Assembly (NCBI GenBank): GCA_965223665.1
Contig: OZ245011.1
Coordinates: forward strand, 1,600,001-1,664,000
DNA: 64,000 nucleotides
Direction of reading: 5' to 3'
Source of the DNA: Nitrospinaceae bacterium
GTDB taxonomy: Bacteria; Nitrospinota; Nitrospinia; Nitrospinales; Nitrospinaceae
The notes beneath the pieces are model-generated. The model was not told the origin of the DNA. It ran no database searches and worked only from the letters and a program-made list of their open reading frames with translations. Each line of letters opens with the position of its first letter. Position 1 is the first letter of the stretch. Positions 31,325 to 41,298 of the stretch are shown here, piece by piece. Position numbers and translations under genes: made by a program.

Positions 31325-31432
31325 ATTCTATGGGGAGTAAAAGAGTGCAAGTTTCTGACAAATAGTCTTTTACCAAAAAAGCATCGATGAAATTCATACT
31401 CTCGGCACACAACGCCTTAACGAAATTCATTT

Positions 31433-31510
31433 TAGATTCGCTTCTCAACCTTTCTCTTGTGTCTCTTACCGCATTCCCTGATACTGAAATCACAGGAGTA
31501 GTTTGGGACC
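31433..31510 (+). promoter_or_regulatory. 78-bp leader repeat, copy 2
   Basis: Matches 24274-24351. Contains TTGTGT-17 bp-GATACT. Confidence 0.65.
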
Positions 31511-31540
31511 GGATTTAGCAATTCAAATTAAAAGACGATT

Positions 31541-31912
31541 ATGTTCATTATTATCCAAATAATATTATTTTTAATATTCACTTTAGTCATGGTTTTATTT
31601 AAATTTGATGTAATCACCACATTTATATTCCAATTAAGACCAAATAATATTAAACACTATTTAAAAATTATCTTTACAAAACTATTTAAAATAGCGATTG
31701 TTTTTATTTTGATATTTTTATTTGATGAAACATTAGAATTTGAATTTGTTGATAGATGCATTGATAGAGGAGGTGGATATATAAAACAATATCCAGCAGC
31801 ATGTATTAATCCACGCCAACAGGCAACACTAAATAATCTAACAAGATTCGCCACCATGGGACTTTACTCGCTTTTAATTGTAATTATTTTGCATCGATTG
31901 GAGAAAAAATAA
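31541..31912 (+). CDS. Small membrane protein
   Basis: Hydrophobic with DRCIDRGG..C loop. Very AT-rich. Confidence 0.6.
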   Translation: MFIIIQIILFLIFTLVMVLFKFDVITTFIFQLRPNNIKHYLKIIFTKLFKIAIVFILIFLFDETLEFEFVDRCIDRGGGYIKQYPAACINPRQQATLNNLTRFATMGLYSLLIVIILHRLEKK

Positions 31913-31957
31913 TTCTAATGAATGAAACAATAACCAAATTATGTATTACAAAGGCCC

Positions 31958-32425
31958 ATGAAATATTTATTATCGTATAAAGTTATTTATGTGCTCCTGA
32001 TCATTGCGAACCTTGGGTATTGGTTGTTTTCAGGAACAATGGATGACATTTCTAGTAAGGTCGTTATGGCATCCTTCCCTTATCTGGCGTTGAACATTTA
32101 CAATTTTTTACAGATGAAAAACCGAACGGTGAAACCCTGGGTTTACCTTGTCGAGCGCATCATTACGATTGGCGGCATGGTCATGCTGGGGCTGATGGCG
32201 TTTCCAGGTGGTTTTTTCATCGCGCAGCTCAGCCCGGTGTTCATCAGTTTTTGGGGAGCCATTTTTCTGAACCTGCTCTCCCTGGTGGAACATCAACAAA
32301 GAGCCATCATGTTTGGTTTTCATTTTCTTATTTTCCTGATGGTTTTCTCCATAGAGTTTTTCTACTTTCATTTCCTTAGCCGCAACAAGCAAGCCCTGTC
32401 GGAAAAATTGCAGCTGGATAATTAG
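31958..32425 (+). CDS. Membrane protein, paralog of 36624-37088
   Basis: MKYLLSYK..IIANL and LSPVF. Confidence 0.7.
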   Translation: MKYLLSYKVIYVLLIIANLGYWLFSGTMDDISSKVVMASFPYLALNIYNFLQMKNRTVKPWVYLVERIITIGGMVMLGLMAFPGGFFIAQLSPVFISFWGAIFLNLLSLVEHQQRAIMFGFHFLIFLMVFSIEFFYFHFLSRNKQALSEKLQLDN

Positions 32426-32439
32426 AATAACTCCAACAT

Positions 32440-32470
32440 AAAAAAGGAGAGCTTCCGTAGAAACTCTCCT
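32440..32470 (-). terminator. Rho-independent terminator
   Basis: AGGAGAG/CTCTCCT stem followed by a T-run on the minus strand, between convergent genes. Confidence 0.7.
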
Positions 32471-32505
32471 AATAAAGCTTACTATTTTGCTTAAATCACA
32501 GAACC

Positions 32506-34257
32506 TTATTTTGGAGGTTCTGGAACCAAACAGGTTACAGGATCGCTGGTATTACCCGATTGATCTACCGCAGTCACCACAGGGTCCCCATTCAAAATGA
32601 TATGATGGTCCACATGGTTGGCGTTACCCTTGTTGCCACCAATATCTTTAATTTCAGGAGTGGCTTCCGCATCCTGGGTAAACTTAATGGTGGTTCCTAC
32701 CGCGAACGGACCAAACACCACACCACTGACAGGATCAGTCACAAAAATTTGAAGAGGCGCACAATCCTGCGTGAGGTTGTCCGTGGCACTCAGAATATAG
32801 AAACCATCTTCATTAATTTTGTTAGCTTTCGGTGTGTTGTTGCCGTTAGGGTTCTCGGTTTCGGTACAAGTTGCAACCGGCGCGATCGTATCCACCCAAT
32901 GCTTGAGCAGGTCGACCGAATCTACCATACCACCGATAGTCGTACTTACCGTAATGGTATCCGTACCTAAGCTGTTACAACTTTTTGGTACCGTATAGTC
33001 AAAGGATACAGCGGCTCCGCCCGGTGTAGCCGTTTCGGAACCATTCGGACCGGCATTCTGCCCACTCACTGAAAAATTAATGAGTCGGTCCGGCCCGGTG
33101 CCTCCCAAAATTTGACCAAACACTGTATGCGAGTCGTCTTGACTGAGCTCGTTGGTGGCTGTTGGAGGAGACGCCGTCAATTGAAGCAGATGGATTTGAA
33201 TATCCGCGGTGACACTGTCGCTTCCATTCTCGTCTGAACCGTCGGCTCTTAAAGTTACATCGTAGTCACCCACACCCAGGTTTGGAGTGGTATCACAATC
33301 CGAAGTCACCGGTCCGTCTTGTGGAAGTGCCGGATTACAAGTGGTCGGTGCATCCGCCCCATTGATCTGATATTGGGCATTTTCCAAAGTGGTTGATAGC
33401 AAGTCCGGTAAACTTTCCGCTAGCAAAGAAGGATCAGGAACAGGAAAACATTTTCCACCGGTCGCATCGGCAATTTCATGTAGAGTTCCCACTGCACCGC
33501 TGACACAATCCACATTTGGGCCTACCGCAAACGTATCTACCTGAGCGCCGGTCGCAGCTAAATCCGCCAACTGTCCGGCGAAACCACCAGTTGCATCTTC
33601 TCGATTACCGAATCCATCTGAGAAAAAGAAGACACGGTTATTACCACTGGTGCTGGCTCCAAGAACGGAAATAATTCTCTCCATGGCTTGTGAGAAATCC
33701 GTCCAACTGGAACCAATGGAAATAGGAGTGAACTGGTTTACACCCGCCGGACCGCCGCCTGCATCGGAAAAAGCAGATTGAGCCACCGTGATCACGTTAT
33801 TCGGATCCGTAGTCAACAATCCGGGCATATCCGCAGCGGCACTTCCATCAGCAAATATGACGAGGCCCATTTCTTTTACAGAAGTTATATTGGGTTGACT
33901 TTGATAAGTTACAATCGCACTGACTTCACAATCCAGAATAGTACCTCCCAGGCAGGCATTCTGCACCGTACTGGCAGAGACATCCAGAACATAAATGAGT
34001 CCAATATCCGGAACGCCCTGACCCACACTGACTTCGCCATCGATAGGTACATCAATGGTACCTCCCGGACCAGACGCAGCGGGTACTTTAAACTCGGCTT
34101 CATCGGCCGGGTCTTGAATTTCTGAAGTAAGTTCTCCACCGTTGGGTAGAGTCGTGGAATTGGGGTTGACCGCAAGCGCCGCAACAGGCACGAGTCCCCA
34201 AAGCAAGATCGCCACAATCCCAACCACCATTTTTGAATACATATTCGATTTAAACAT
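32506..34257 (-). CDS. Exported vWA-domain protein
   Basis: Signal peptide, MIDAS DVSAS, TDF and FFSDG, then Ig-like beta-rich C-terminal half. Confidence 0.8.
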   Translation of the reverse strand: MFKSNMYSKMVVGIVAILLWGLVPVAALAVNPNSTTLPNGGELTSEIQDPADEAEFKVPAASGPGGTIDVPIDGEVSVGQGVPDIGLIYVLDVSASTVQNACLGGTILDCEVSAIVTYQSQPNITSVKEMGLVIFADGSAAADMPGLLTTDPNNVITVAQSAFSDAGGGPAGVNQFTPISIGSSWTDFSQAMERIISVLGASTSGNNRVFFFSDGFGNREDATGGFAGQLADLAATGAQVDTFAVGPNVDCVSGAVGTLHEIADATGGKCFPVPDPSLLAESLPDLLSTTLENAQYQINGADAPTTCNPALPQDGPVTSDCDTTPNLGVGDYDVTLRADGSDENGSDSVTADIQIHLLQLTASPPTATNELSQDDSHTVFGQILGGTGPDRLINFSVSGQNAGPNGSETATPGGAAVSFDYTVPKSCNSLGTDTITVSTTIGGMVDSVDLLKHWVDTIAPVATCTETENPNGNNTPKANKINEDGFYILSATDNLTQDCAPLQIFVTDPVSGVVFGPFAVGTTIKFTQDAEATPEIKDIGGNKGNANHVDHHIILNGDPVVTAVDQSGNTSDPVTCLVPEPPK

Positions 34258-34408
34258 AAATTCCCCCGTTCATTTTAAATTAGACTTTAGTTTCGAGTTC
34301 AATTTTGATGCAGTGGGTTTACTTCACCGTTTGTGGGTTACTTCGGATCAACCTCCTTTCCTTTTTGTTCCGTTATTTCCCTTTTCATAAAACCTCTCCA
34401 TAGCAAAT

Positions 34409-36250
34409 TTATAATGCTGAATCCTTTTCAAGAGTTATCAATAAAGCCCCATGGGAAGTGGTCGGCATTTCTTCACGTCGAATCGAGCGATAGCCGGGAG
34501 CAGAAATCGAAAGAGTGTGACCTCCGGGCCCCAGTTCTGTAAAAAGAAAGTGGCCGTTCCCATTGGTAATGGTTTGACGTTGAGAATGACTGGTGATCCC
34601 CTGCATTTGACCAGACCAGAAAAGCTTGACCCTGGCATTCGATACAGGTTCCCCATCAAAACTTATGATGTTTCCCGCCAATTGGTCATTCCCCCAATCG
34701 ACAACCAGATCCGCATTTTTTATTTCTCCGGATTCCAGTTGAATTCCACTAAAACTGAACTTCGGGGAGCCTTTGCTGGAAAAATTGACCACCCCCGCGG
34801 GCACATCGTTTACCTGAAACCGACCACTCTTATCTCCGGTAACCGCAAGGTTTTTGCTGGCCCCTGCCCCTGTGTTCGACATCCATAGGGTGAATTGCGA
34901 AAGAGGTTTACCGCGGACGTTGAGCATGCGGCCTTGAATGCTGGTCCTGCCCATAGGTTCCAGAAAAATGGTCCGTTCGGGATTATTGGTCCTGACGGCT
35001 ACATGGTCTTCAAAATAATCTTTAAAATCCTCTTTGGGTCGAACCCAAAGCCGGTAATCGTCACCAATTTCCACATCATCTATTTCAAAGAAACCATCCG
35101 ATAAAGTCCTGGCGTTATAATTCCCCTGATGAATTTGGGAAAACAATCGAACTTTCGCTCCTCCGACAGGAATAGAGTTTTCATCCAGAACATAGCCGTA
35201 AACAGGAACCCCCTGGTTTAACTGTTTCAATTGAACATTGAGCTGAGTGGTTGGTGTCTCCCTTAATTGAGACTGGGGAATCCCACGAGTTTCGGTACGA
35301 TAACCTGACAAGGTGAAACGAACACTTTGATTGCGTTCTCGGTCATCCACATTAATTTGCAGGAGGTAAACTCCGTTGTTGTCTGTGGTCGTCGCATTTC
35401 TCTGACCAGAAGCAGCCACTCGAACATCGGCAAGAGGTTGACCCTCCCCATCCGTAACAACTCCGTTAATGGTTACCGGTGTTCGGGTATCATTTTTTAC
35501 TTGAAGAACCAGTGAAGTCACTCCGGCTCGAACTAGTTTGTTGATGCTTTCATAACTCCGAGTTTTCTCTGTTCGAAGCAGGTACTCGCCATCCGGTAAC
35601 TCTTCAAAATTAAATTGTCCCAAAGAATCCGATCGCGTCTCTTCCTTCACTCCGGAACTACTGCTAGCTCCATTGCCTTCTGCCAGACTTCGACTAGACA
35701 CCACAACTTTTAGATTTTTAACGGGTTCTGTGTTCTGATCGTATATCCAACCTGAAATCGGCTGAAGAGGAGGTTCGTTCTCTAATTCTTTTAGAGATGG
35801 AGTTTCAACCGCACCCTCTGAACTTTCCCTCGCAAAGGACTCGTCCATGGAAGCAGATGATTTTTTATTCTGGTCTGTTTTGCTTGAGAGATCTTTGAAC
35901 TGATCCTTGGCCGAATCTCCGAGAGAATCCTTTAAACCTTCATTTTCTGAAGTGTTACTATCGAGGTTTTTATTTTCAAAATCCTTTTGGCCTTTTCCCG
36001 GATCATCCAGGATGAAAAAAGATTTCTCTGTTGCAAATTCATTCGGCAAAGAATTGGTGCTGAAAAAATATGATTCAATATGGTTTACAATTGGCTCATA
36101 AAAACCATATATCCCCCATCCAACCAGCAAAACAAAGGCAAGAACAGCAATCCATTTTCCTCTCGAAGATTCCCTTCTAACCTTTTCAGCACCTGGTTTT
36201 GAAGTACCTAGTTTTTCTTTTGAACCAGCCGTCATTTTTGCCCCTCTCAA
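34409..36250 (-). CDS. Membrane-anchored protein with repeated carboxypeptidase-regulatory-like domains
   Basis: One TM helix, then G.V.D..G.P...V.V and G.F.F..L..G.Y repeats. Confidence 0.8.
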   Translation of the reverse strand: MRGAKMTAGSKEKLGTSKPGAEKVRRESSRGKWIAVLAFVLLVGWGIYGFYEPIVNHIESYFFSTNSLPNEFATEKSFFILDDPGKGQKDFENKNLDSNTSENEGLKDSLGDSAKDQFKDLSSKTDQNKKSSASMDESFARESSEGAVETPSLKELENEPPLQPISGWIYDQNTEPVKNLKVVVSSRSLAEGNGASSSSGVKEETRSDSLGQFNFEELPDGEYLLRTEKTRSYESINKLVRAGVTSLVLQVKNDTRTPVTINGVVTDGEGQPLADVRVAASGQRNATTTDNNGVYLLQINVDDRERNQSVRFTLSGYRTETRGIPQSQLRETPTTQLNVQLKQLNQGVPVYGYVLDENSIPVGGAKVRLFSQIHQGNYNARTLSDGFFEIDDVEIGDDYRLWVRPKEDFKDYFEDHVAVRTNNPERTIFLEPMGRTSIQGRMLNVRGKPLSQFTLWMSNTGAGASKNLAVTGDKSGRFQVNDVPAGVVNFSSKGSPKFSFSGIQLESGEIKNADLVVDWGNDQLAGNIISFDGEPVSNARVKLFWSGQMQGITSHSQRQTITNGNGHFLFTELGPGGHTLSISAPGYRSIRREEMPTTSHGALLITLEKDSAL

Positions 36251-36623
36251 CGTTATAAAACAACAGCGTTTCTTTTATTGAGAATCCTTACGCAGATGAT
36301 TTTTGGATTAAGAATTTTTTAAACTGGATTCTCTAAAACCAGCTTAAATAAAAAACCTTTTCCTTTTTGCTGCTACACTATAAGAGAGAGCCTTTGAAGT
36401 AAATAGCCCAAATTAGTCATTTTTGAGTAAAAATTATTTTAATTTCGGATGGGATGTTTTGGGAATATGAGAATCAATATTGGAAGGACAAACCGGAAAT
36501 TGTCGAAACCCTTACATGAGCCTTGTCATATTTTTTATTACTTAAGTGTCATAAGCTGAAACGAATACCTTTATTAAGGTCAACCATTCACGTAGACGCA
36601 AGAAATTCTTAATAAATCAAACG

Positions 36624-37088
36624 ATGAAATTCCTTTTATCTTACAAATTTACTTACCTGGTTTTAATTATTGCGAATCTTTTAGTTTTGTTTTGCAAACA
36701 ATATTTCTTTAAAGGAAAGGATGAATATTTTTTTCAAAAAATTGTCTGGTGGAGTCCCTGGGTAATAATTAATTTGTTACTATTCATAAAAATGATCAAA
36801 AGAAAACTGACTTATAAATTTTTTGTCATGGAAGAATTTGTGACCTACTGTAGAATCGGAATGCTGTTTTATCTGACTCCATCCTTTGGTCTAATAATTT
36901 TTCTCAGCCCGATATTCGAAAGTTTCTGGCTTCCCCTTTGGGAACTTATTAATTTTTTTGATAAGCACTCAATTACAAAGGGGTCTTTATTTATTATATA
37001 TTTCACACTGCTGATTCTTTTTTTAATCCTCGAAATTCGTTATCTAAAACTCTTAAGAAAAAACTCAAACCTCTTAGCCGCAAAATAA
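36624..37088 (+). CDS. Membrane protein, paralog of 31958-32425
   Basis: MKFLLSYK..IIANL and LSPIF. Confidence 0.7.
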   Translation: MKFLLSYKFTYLVLIIANLLVLFCKQYFFKGKDEYFFQKIVWWSPWVIINLLLFIKMIKRKLTYKFFVMEEFVTYCRIGMLFYLTPSFGLIIFLSPIFESFWLPLWELINFFDKHSITKGSLFIIYFTLLILFLILEIRYLKLLRKNSNLLAAK

Positions 37089-37191
37089 AACCTCCGAAAA
37101 TCACCTTCATTCCAAAACTTGCTTTTCATAAGGAAAACCCCCTACCTCCCGCCGCCTCACCGCGGGAAATAGGGGGCTCCATCACCTAGGG

Positions 37192-40100
37192 TCAGTTCAT
37201 CGCTTTCTTCACGGCGGGGAAGTTGGCTTTGAGATAATCCAGCACCTCGCTGTAAGGCTCGCGGATAATGGCACGAGTTGGCTTTTGTTGCTTGACAATG
37301 GTTTCAACCATCCTGGCAAACCGAACCTGATCGCTTTCCGATACTTTCTTATAGTTCATTCGGCCCACCATCGCTTTGATCACCGCCCGGCGAAACTTAT
37401 CCGTTTCCTGACTGTTGCCGAGGATCTTCATCGCAATCCGCGGAAACCCAGAATCATTTTTAGCCATGGGCACCAACGCCGCTTCTCTCACTTCAAACGG
37501 AATTTGCGGACTCATGAGAATTTCCATGATCTTGCCCCGGCTTTGCCGGTCTTCGGAAAGTCCTTCCACCGCGGCAGCTCTCACCTTCACATCCGCATGA
37601 TCCACAAACGGACGGAACGCTTTCAAATGCCGAGATGAGCCGTACAAATTCAACAACTGCAGCGCATCCGCCAAAGGCACTGCCGGTTTTCCTCGGCCTA
37701 TCAGGGAATCCGCCAATTGCTTGGCCGCTTCTTTATCCCCGGAAGAAACCAGCAACTGAAATGAAGTCAACCGCAGTTTGTCCATATGCGTGGTCAAATT
37801 CTTTCGCGCCCAGGTGATGACTTGTTGCTTCGCGGTTTCATTTTTTTCAACCGTCGCTCGGCGAGCCATCTCCGTAAGCAGTTTCACTTTAAAATTTACC
37901 GTGCCACCGCGCGGGTTATTTAGAATCTGATCACTGGTATCCAGCAACTTTTTATCCAACGGAACCTGCCGTGTGGCTTCCAGACGCACATCTTCATCCT
38001 CTTGCGCATTCTGGATCAAAGGAAAAATCTTTCCGCGGACTTGCTGCTTTTCACCTATGGTAGATTTCAAAGCTTTCAAACGCATTTCCTTCGGTTGATT
38101 CCGATCCGTAAACACTTTGGACAAATCACTATTAACAACAATGAACTTATTCACCATCTCAATAATATCCGGATGCACCAGGATCAGTTTGCGAAATCCA
38201 TAGGGAACATCGTCATAACTGAAACCCAACCCAAGTTTCGGATCAAATTTACCCAGGTAATCGATCATATCACGTGGTCTTGCCACCGAAGGGGTTGCCG
38301 GCCACAAGTTGCCGATGGTAGAAGCCGGGAACGGCTTTTGTGGAACAATCGGCCGACTGCGCGGAACATTAAAGTTACTGTTCATGTCCGCAACGCTGGC
38401 CTGGTTCGGCGGGCGATCGTCACGACTTCCCGGACCCTGTGGTCCGGAGAGACTATCCCACGGCCACATACCATCCTCTAAATAAGCGCCACTGAACCAG
38501 GCGTTATTTCCTGGATCGCTCCAGTTGCCGTTGTTGTCATAATGTTGCGGCGCAGGAAACGTCTGCGCTCCTCCGGAAATTCCGAAGCGTCGCTTTTTCC
38601 ATTGCCAATACGCCCACTGCCGGTCCACCTGTGTATGCAGTAAATAAAACAGCGGATCCGTTGCCGAACGTTGCGGCGAAAGAATGTGACCGCTGCCGCA
38701 GGTCCAGCCATGGGAATAATTATGAGAGTATCTTTCCATAATATTACTGAAAGAAGTTGAACTGCTGCGCGGTCCAAAGTTGTCGTATACCATCAGATTG
38801 GGACGACTTAACAGAGCGCCCTCGCCGGCAGCATTGAATTCATTTTGCATATCCGTATTAGGTTCGTCTACAAACCGAAAGTTTGGCCAATCCGGAAAGA
38901 CGGTATGATCACTGCCATTTCGGCGAACCACACCAAACGACAAAGAACCGTTGGTCCCTAAGTCTGTATCCCATCCATTTAATGGATTGGTCCAGTGAAA
39001 ATTAACTGCCGGTGGAAACGACCCCGTTCCCGGAGCACCCATGAAACCACTGACAAACACATTGGGCGATTGCCGATCCCAATTCCAATAGGGCAACGCC
39101 ACGCTGGGATCAATCTTTTGCAGTTCACGTTCCAGGTGCAACAATAAGGCACGATGCCATGGCAAAAACGCCGGCTGGCTATGACCCAAATCCCCCGGGC
39201 CGCTTCCTACGGTGGATCCCAAACGGTGCAACTCCTGAAACATCAGATACCCTTTAGAGTTTCCGTCGGCATCCAGCCCGGTGTCTGACTGATTGCGCAG
39301 TTCACGCATAGCGTTTAAAAATCGGTCTCGCTCTCCGGTGGTCAACTTATTTGCATCCTTACGAATTCGCACCATGAGTTTGTGTTTACCGATCAGTTTT
39401 CCTTTTGCTTTTCCTTTGTGAACTTCAATAACGGCATCCTTGTCTTTAATGCTGGGACGGCCGAATTTACCTGCTATCACAAAGTTCACCCATTTCCCGT
39501 TACGCGGCAAATCCAGAGTCAGCGTTTTACGAGTGGCTGTAGTGTTGATGGGCCAGGGTTTTTTGTATTTCGCGAACAACACATCCCCGCCAGCACGTAA
39601 TTTATCATTAGTCAAAACTACTTTAACGGGTTGCGGGTTTAAACTGGCGCGACCTTTGTAGCGAGCCCTGGCAAACGTGGGTGCCCAGGTGACGTAATCA
39701 TCCTTTCCTGTTTTTGTCTGATTAACCTGAATTTCCACTTCGAGGCCTGGAGGAAATTTCGGTTTTTTACAATCGATGCTGGGAATTGTCATTCCACCAC
39801 CGCGTCCAAATCCGGTACAACGTTCACATATGGAACCCGGCCCGGTTCCACCAAATCCGCCCAGTTGCCATTCACCTATGGTATTGCCGCGACTCATGGA
39901 GGAAATCATTTCCTCCTGCATGCGGCCCATCTCCGGGTTCCTTTCAAACAACTCAGTCGCGCGGAAATTATCTGCGGGACATAAAATCTGCGTACAAATA
40001 CGCTCGGTCAGATCCGGCCGAAACCGTTCGCGGAACCGGTTTACCGCACACAAGGTATCGTAAGTATTGGCGAACCTTCCGACATTCTGCGAGCGGAAGG

Positions 40101-40551
40101 CCACGTAAGTTTTTCCACCCTGCAAATTAGCCACGATCTTTCCATTCTTTTTCGTGTAAGGAACGTCCAGGAGTTTGCCCTGAACATATTCTTTAAATTC
40201 CAGTTCTGGAAAATCAGACGCTTTCGCTTTGATGGTTTTGTTAGGATCGATTTCAACACTTCTTACCGTTTGCCCCACACCCGTGTTTACTTTAAAGGCC
40301 GTCGCCTCGTTGAATAAAAACATCAGATCCTTGGGCAAAGGGACTGTTTCGGCCTTTTTAGGTTTGGGACACGGTCGCAGGATGGGTCGGAAAGACGTCC
40401 ATCCGCGCGAAGGCGCAGTCGATAATCGGGATTCATCCTGACAGGGAAGTGTCAATCTCGGTTGTTCTCTCAACTGCGCATTGGATCGATCACTCATAAA
40501 AAAGAAGGCAGCAAGAACAATCAGAACTACTATTAGCATAAATTTTTTCAT
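37192..40551 (-). CDS. Large exported tyrosinase (type-3 copper) with C-terminal HEAT-like repeats
   Basis: IRKDANKLT..ERDRFL, CuA ELH..GH..AFLPWHR, LPYWNW and CuB HNYSH..DPLFYLLH. Confidence 0.9.
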   Translation of the reverse strand: MKKFMLIVVLIVLAAFFFMSDRSNAQLREQPRLTLPCQDESRLSTAPSRGWTSFRPILRPCPKPKKAETVPLPKDLMFLFNEATAFKVNTGVGQTVRSVEIDPNKTIKAKASDFPELEFKEYVQGKLLDVPYTKKNGKIVANLQGGKTYVAFRSQNVGRFANTYDTLCAVNRFRERFRPDLTERICTQILCPADNFRATELFERNPEMGRMQEEMISSMSRGNTIGEWQLGGFGGTGPGSICERCTGFGRGGGMTIPSIDCKKPKFPPGLEVEIQVNQTKTGKDDYVTWAPTFARARYKGRASLNPQPVKVVLTNDKLRAGGDVLFAKYKKPWPINTTATRKTLTLDLPRNGKWVNFVIAGKFGRPSIKDKDAVIEVHKGKAKGKLIGKHKLMVRIRKDANKLTTGERDRFLNAMRELRNQSDTGLDADGNSKGYLMFQELHRLGSTVGSGPGDLGHSQPAFLPWHRALLLHLERELQKIDPSVALPYWNWDRQSPNVFVSGFMGAPGTGSFPPAVNFHWTNPLNGWDTDLGTNGSLSFGVVRRNGSDHTVFPDWPNFRFVDEPNTDMQNEFNAAGEGALLSRPNLMVYDNFGPRSSSTSFSNIMERYSHNYSHGWTCGSGHILSPQRSATDPLFYLLHTQVDRQWAYWQWKKRRFGISGGAQTFPAPQHYDNNGNWSDPGNNAWFSGAYLEDGMWPWDSLSGPQGPGSRDDRPPNQASVADMNSNFNVPRSRPIVPQKPFPASTIGNLWPATPSVARPRDMIDYLGKFDPKLGLGFSYDDVPYGFRKLILVHPDIIEMVNKFIVVNSDLSKVFTDRNQPKEMRLKALKSTIGEKQQVRGKIFPLIQNAQEDEDVRLEATRQVPLDKKLLDTSDQILNNPRGGTVNFKVKLLTEMARRATVEKNETAKQQVITWARKNLTTHMDKLRLTSFQLLVSSGDKEAAKQLADSLIGRGKPAVPLADALQLLNLYGSSRHLKAFRPFVDHADVKVRAAAVEGLSEDRQSRGKIMEILMSPQIPFEVREAALVPMAKNDSGFPRIAMKILGNSQETDKFRRAVIKAMVGRMNYKKVSESDQVRFARMVETIVKQQKPTRAIIREPYSEVLDYLKANFPAVKKAMN

Positions 40552-40722
40552 GGGACCCCCTCACAAGAGCTTTCAAGAAAGCCAGCTTATTTTGAGCAAA
40601 GTTTATGGTTCCGCGTGGATCCTGTTTCGGCCCCTCCTCACTAAAACTTCCCAAAACAGAAACCACGCTTCGGTTTAAAATTCTCGGTTCATTATGGGAA
40701 ATTGCGATACGATCAGTTGTGT

Positions 40723-40806
40723 GAATAGGAAGAGAATCCTATGAGATGGGTGGCGCCCCTTCCCTCCCGGTTCGAAACTGTAAGCTTTGCATCTCAGCTT
40801 CCCCTA
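40723..40806 (-). ncRNA. Candidate structured cis-regulatory leader RNA (riboswitch-like)
   Basis: GC-rich island downstream of TATAAT with TGAGATG/CATCTCA pairing and a GATGCAAAGC core. Confidence 0.35.
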
Positions 40807-41007
40807 ATTAATTTGGTTCCATTATAGAAATTTTTCAAATCGAATATATCGTAGAAAGCATATATCTTTTGTCATATTCCGAATGACATCCCCAAAGTGG
40901 TCTGATTTTTGAAAAATCCATCCACACTATAAGGCAATTAAACTAATAAAATCAATGGGTTGTTTGATTAAGGGCTGGCAATACCGGGTTTTAGTGCCTA
41001 TTTTATA

Positions 41008-41298
41008 GAGAGCTTTGCATAACCAAGGATTATTGAACAAACAAGTTCAACAAAAGAGCAGAAACCCATGTTCGCCCTCTTTCCGGCCCACGCCCGGTGA
41101 GACTCACTCGCCGTGAGAGGCAACATTGATTTGGGATGATCGGTAACGAAATTGAATCAATAGAACCTTTTCTTAAGTTGAGTGGGTCTTCAGAAGAAAA
41201 CATAAAAATGGAAGACTCATGTATTCCCCCTTTGTGAAGGGGGATAGGGGGATTTTACCTCCAGGGGTTTTACATTTTCTGACTTACGCAAAGATCTC
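41008..41298. mobile_element. Longer MITE variant with a 7-bp target-site duplication
   Basis: TTTTATA|GAGAGCTTTGCATAA ... TTACGCAAAGATCTC|TTTTATA. Both arms match the 14312 element. Confidence 0.8.

Noticed and set aside
24352-32425. Classical integron cassette array
   Set aside because: Most intergenic gaps are under 65 bp or overlapping, with no attC-like palindromes.
34345-34360. 16S rRNA 3'-end fragment
   Set aside because: Only about 16 nt match with a 1-nt insertion and no other rRNA sequence around it. Kept only as an SD-like element.
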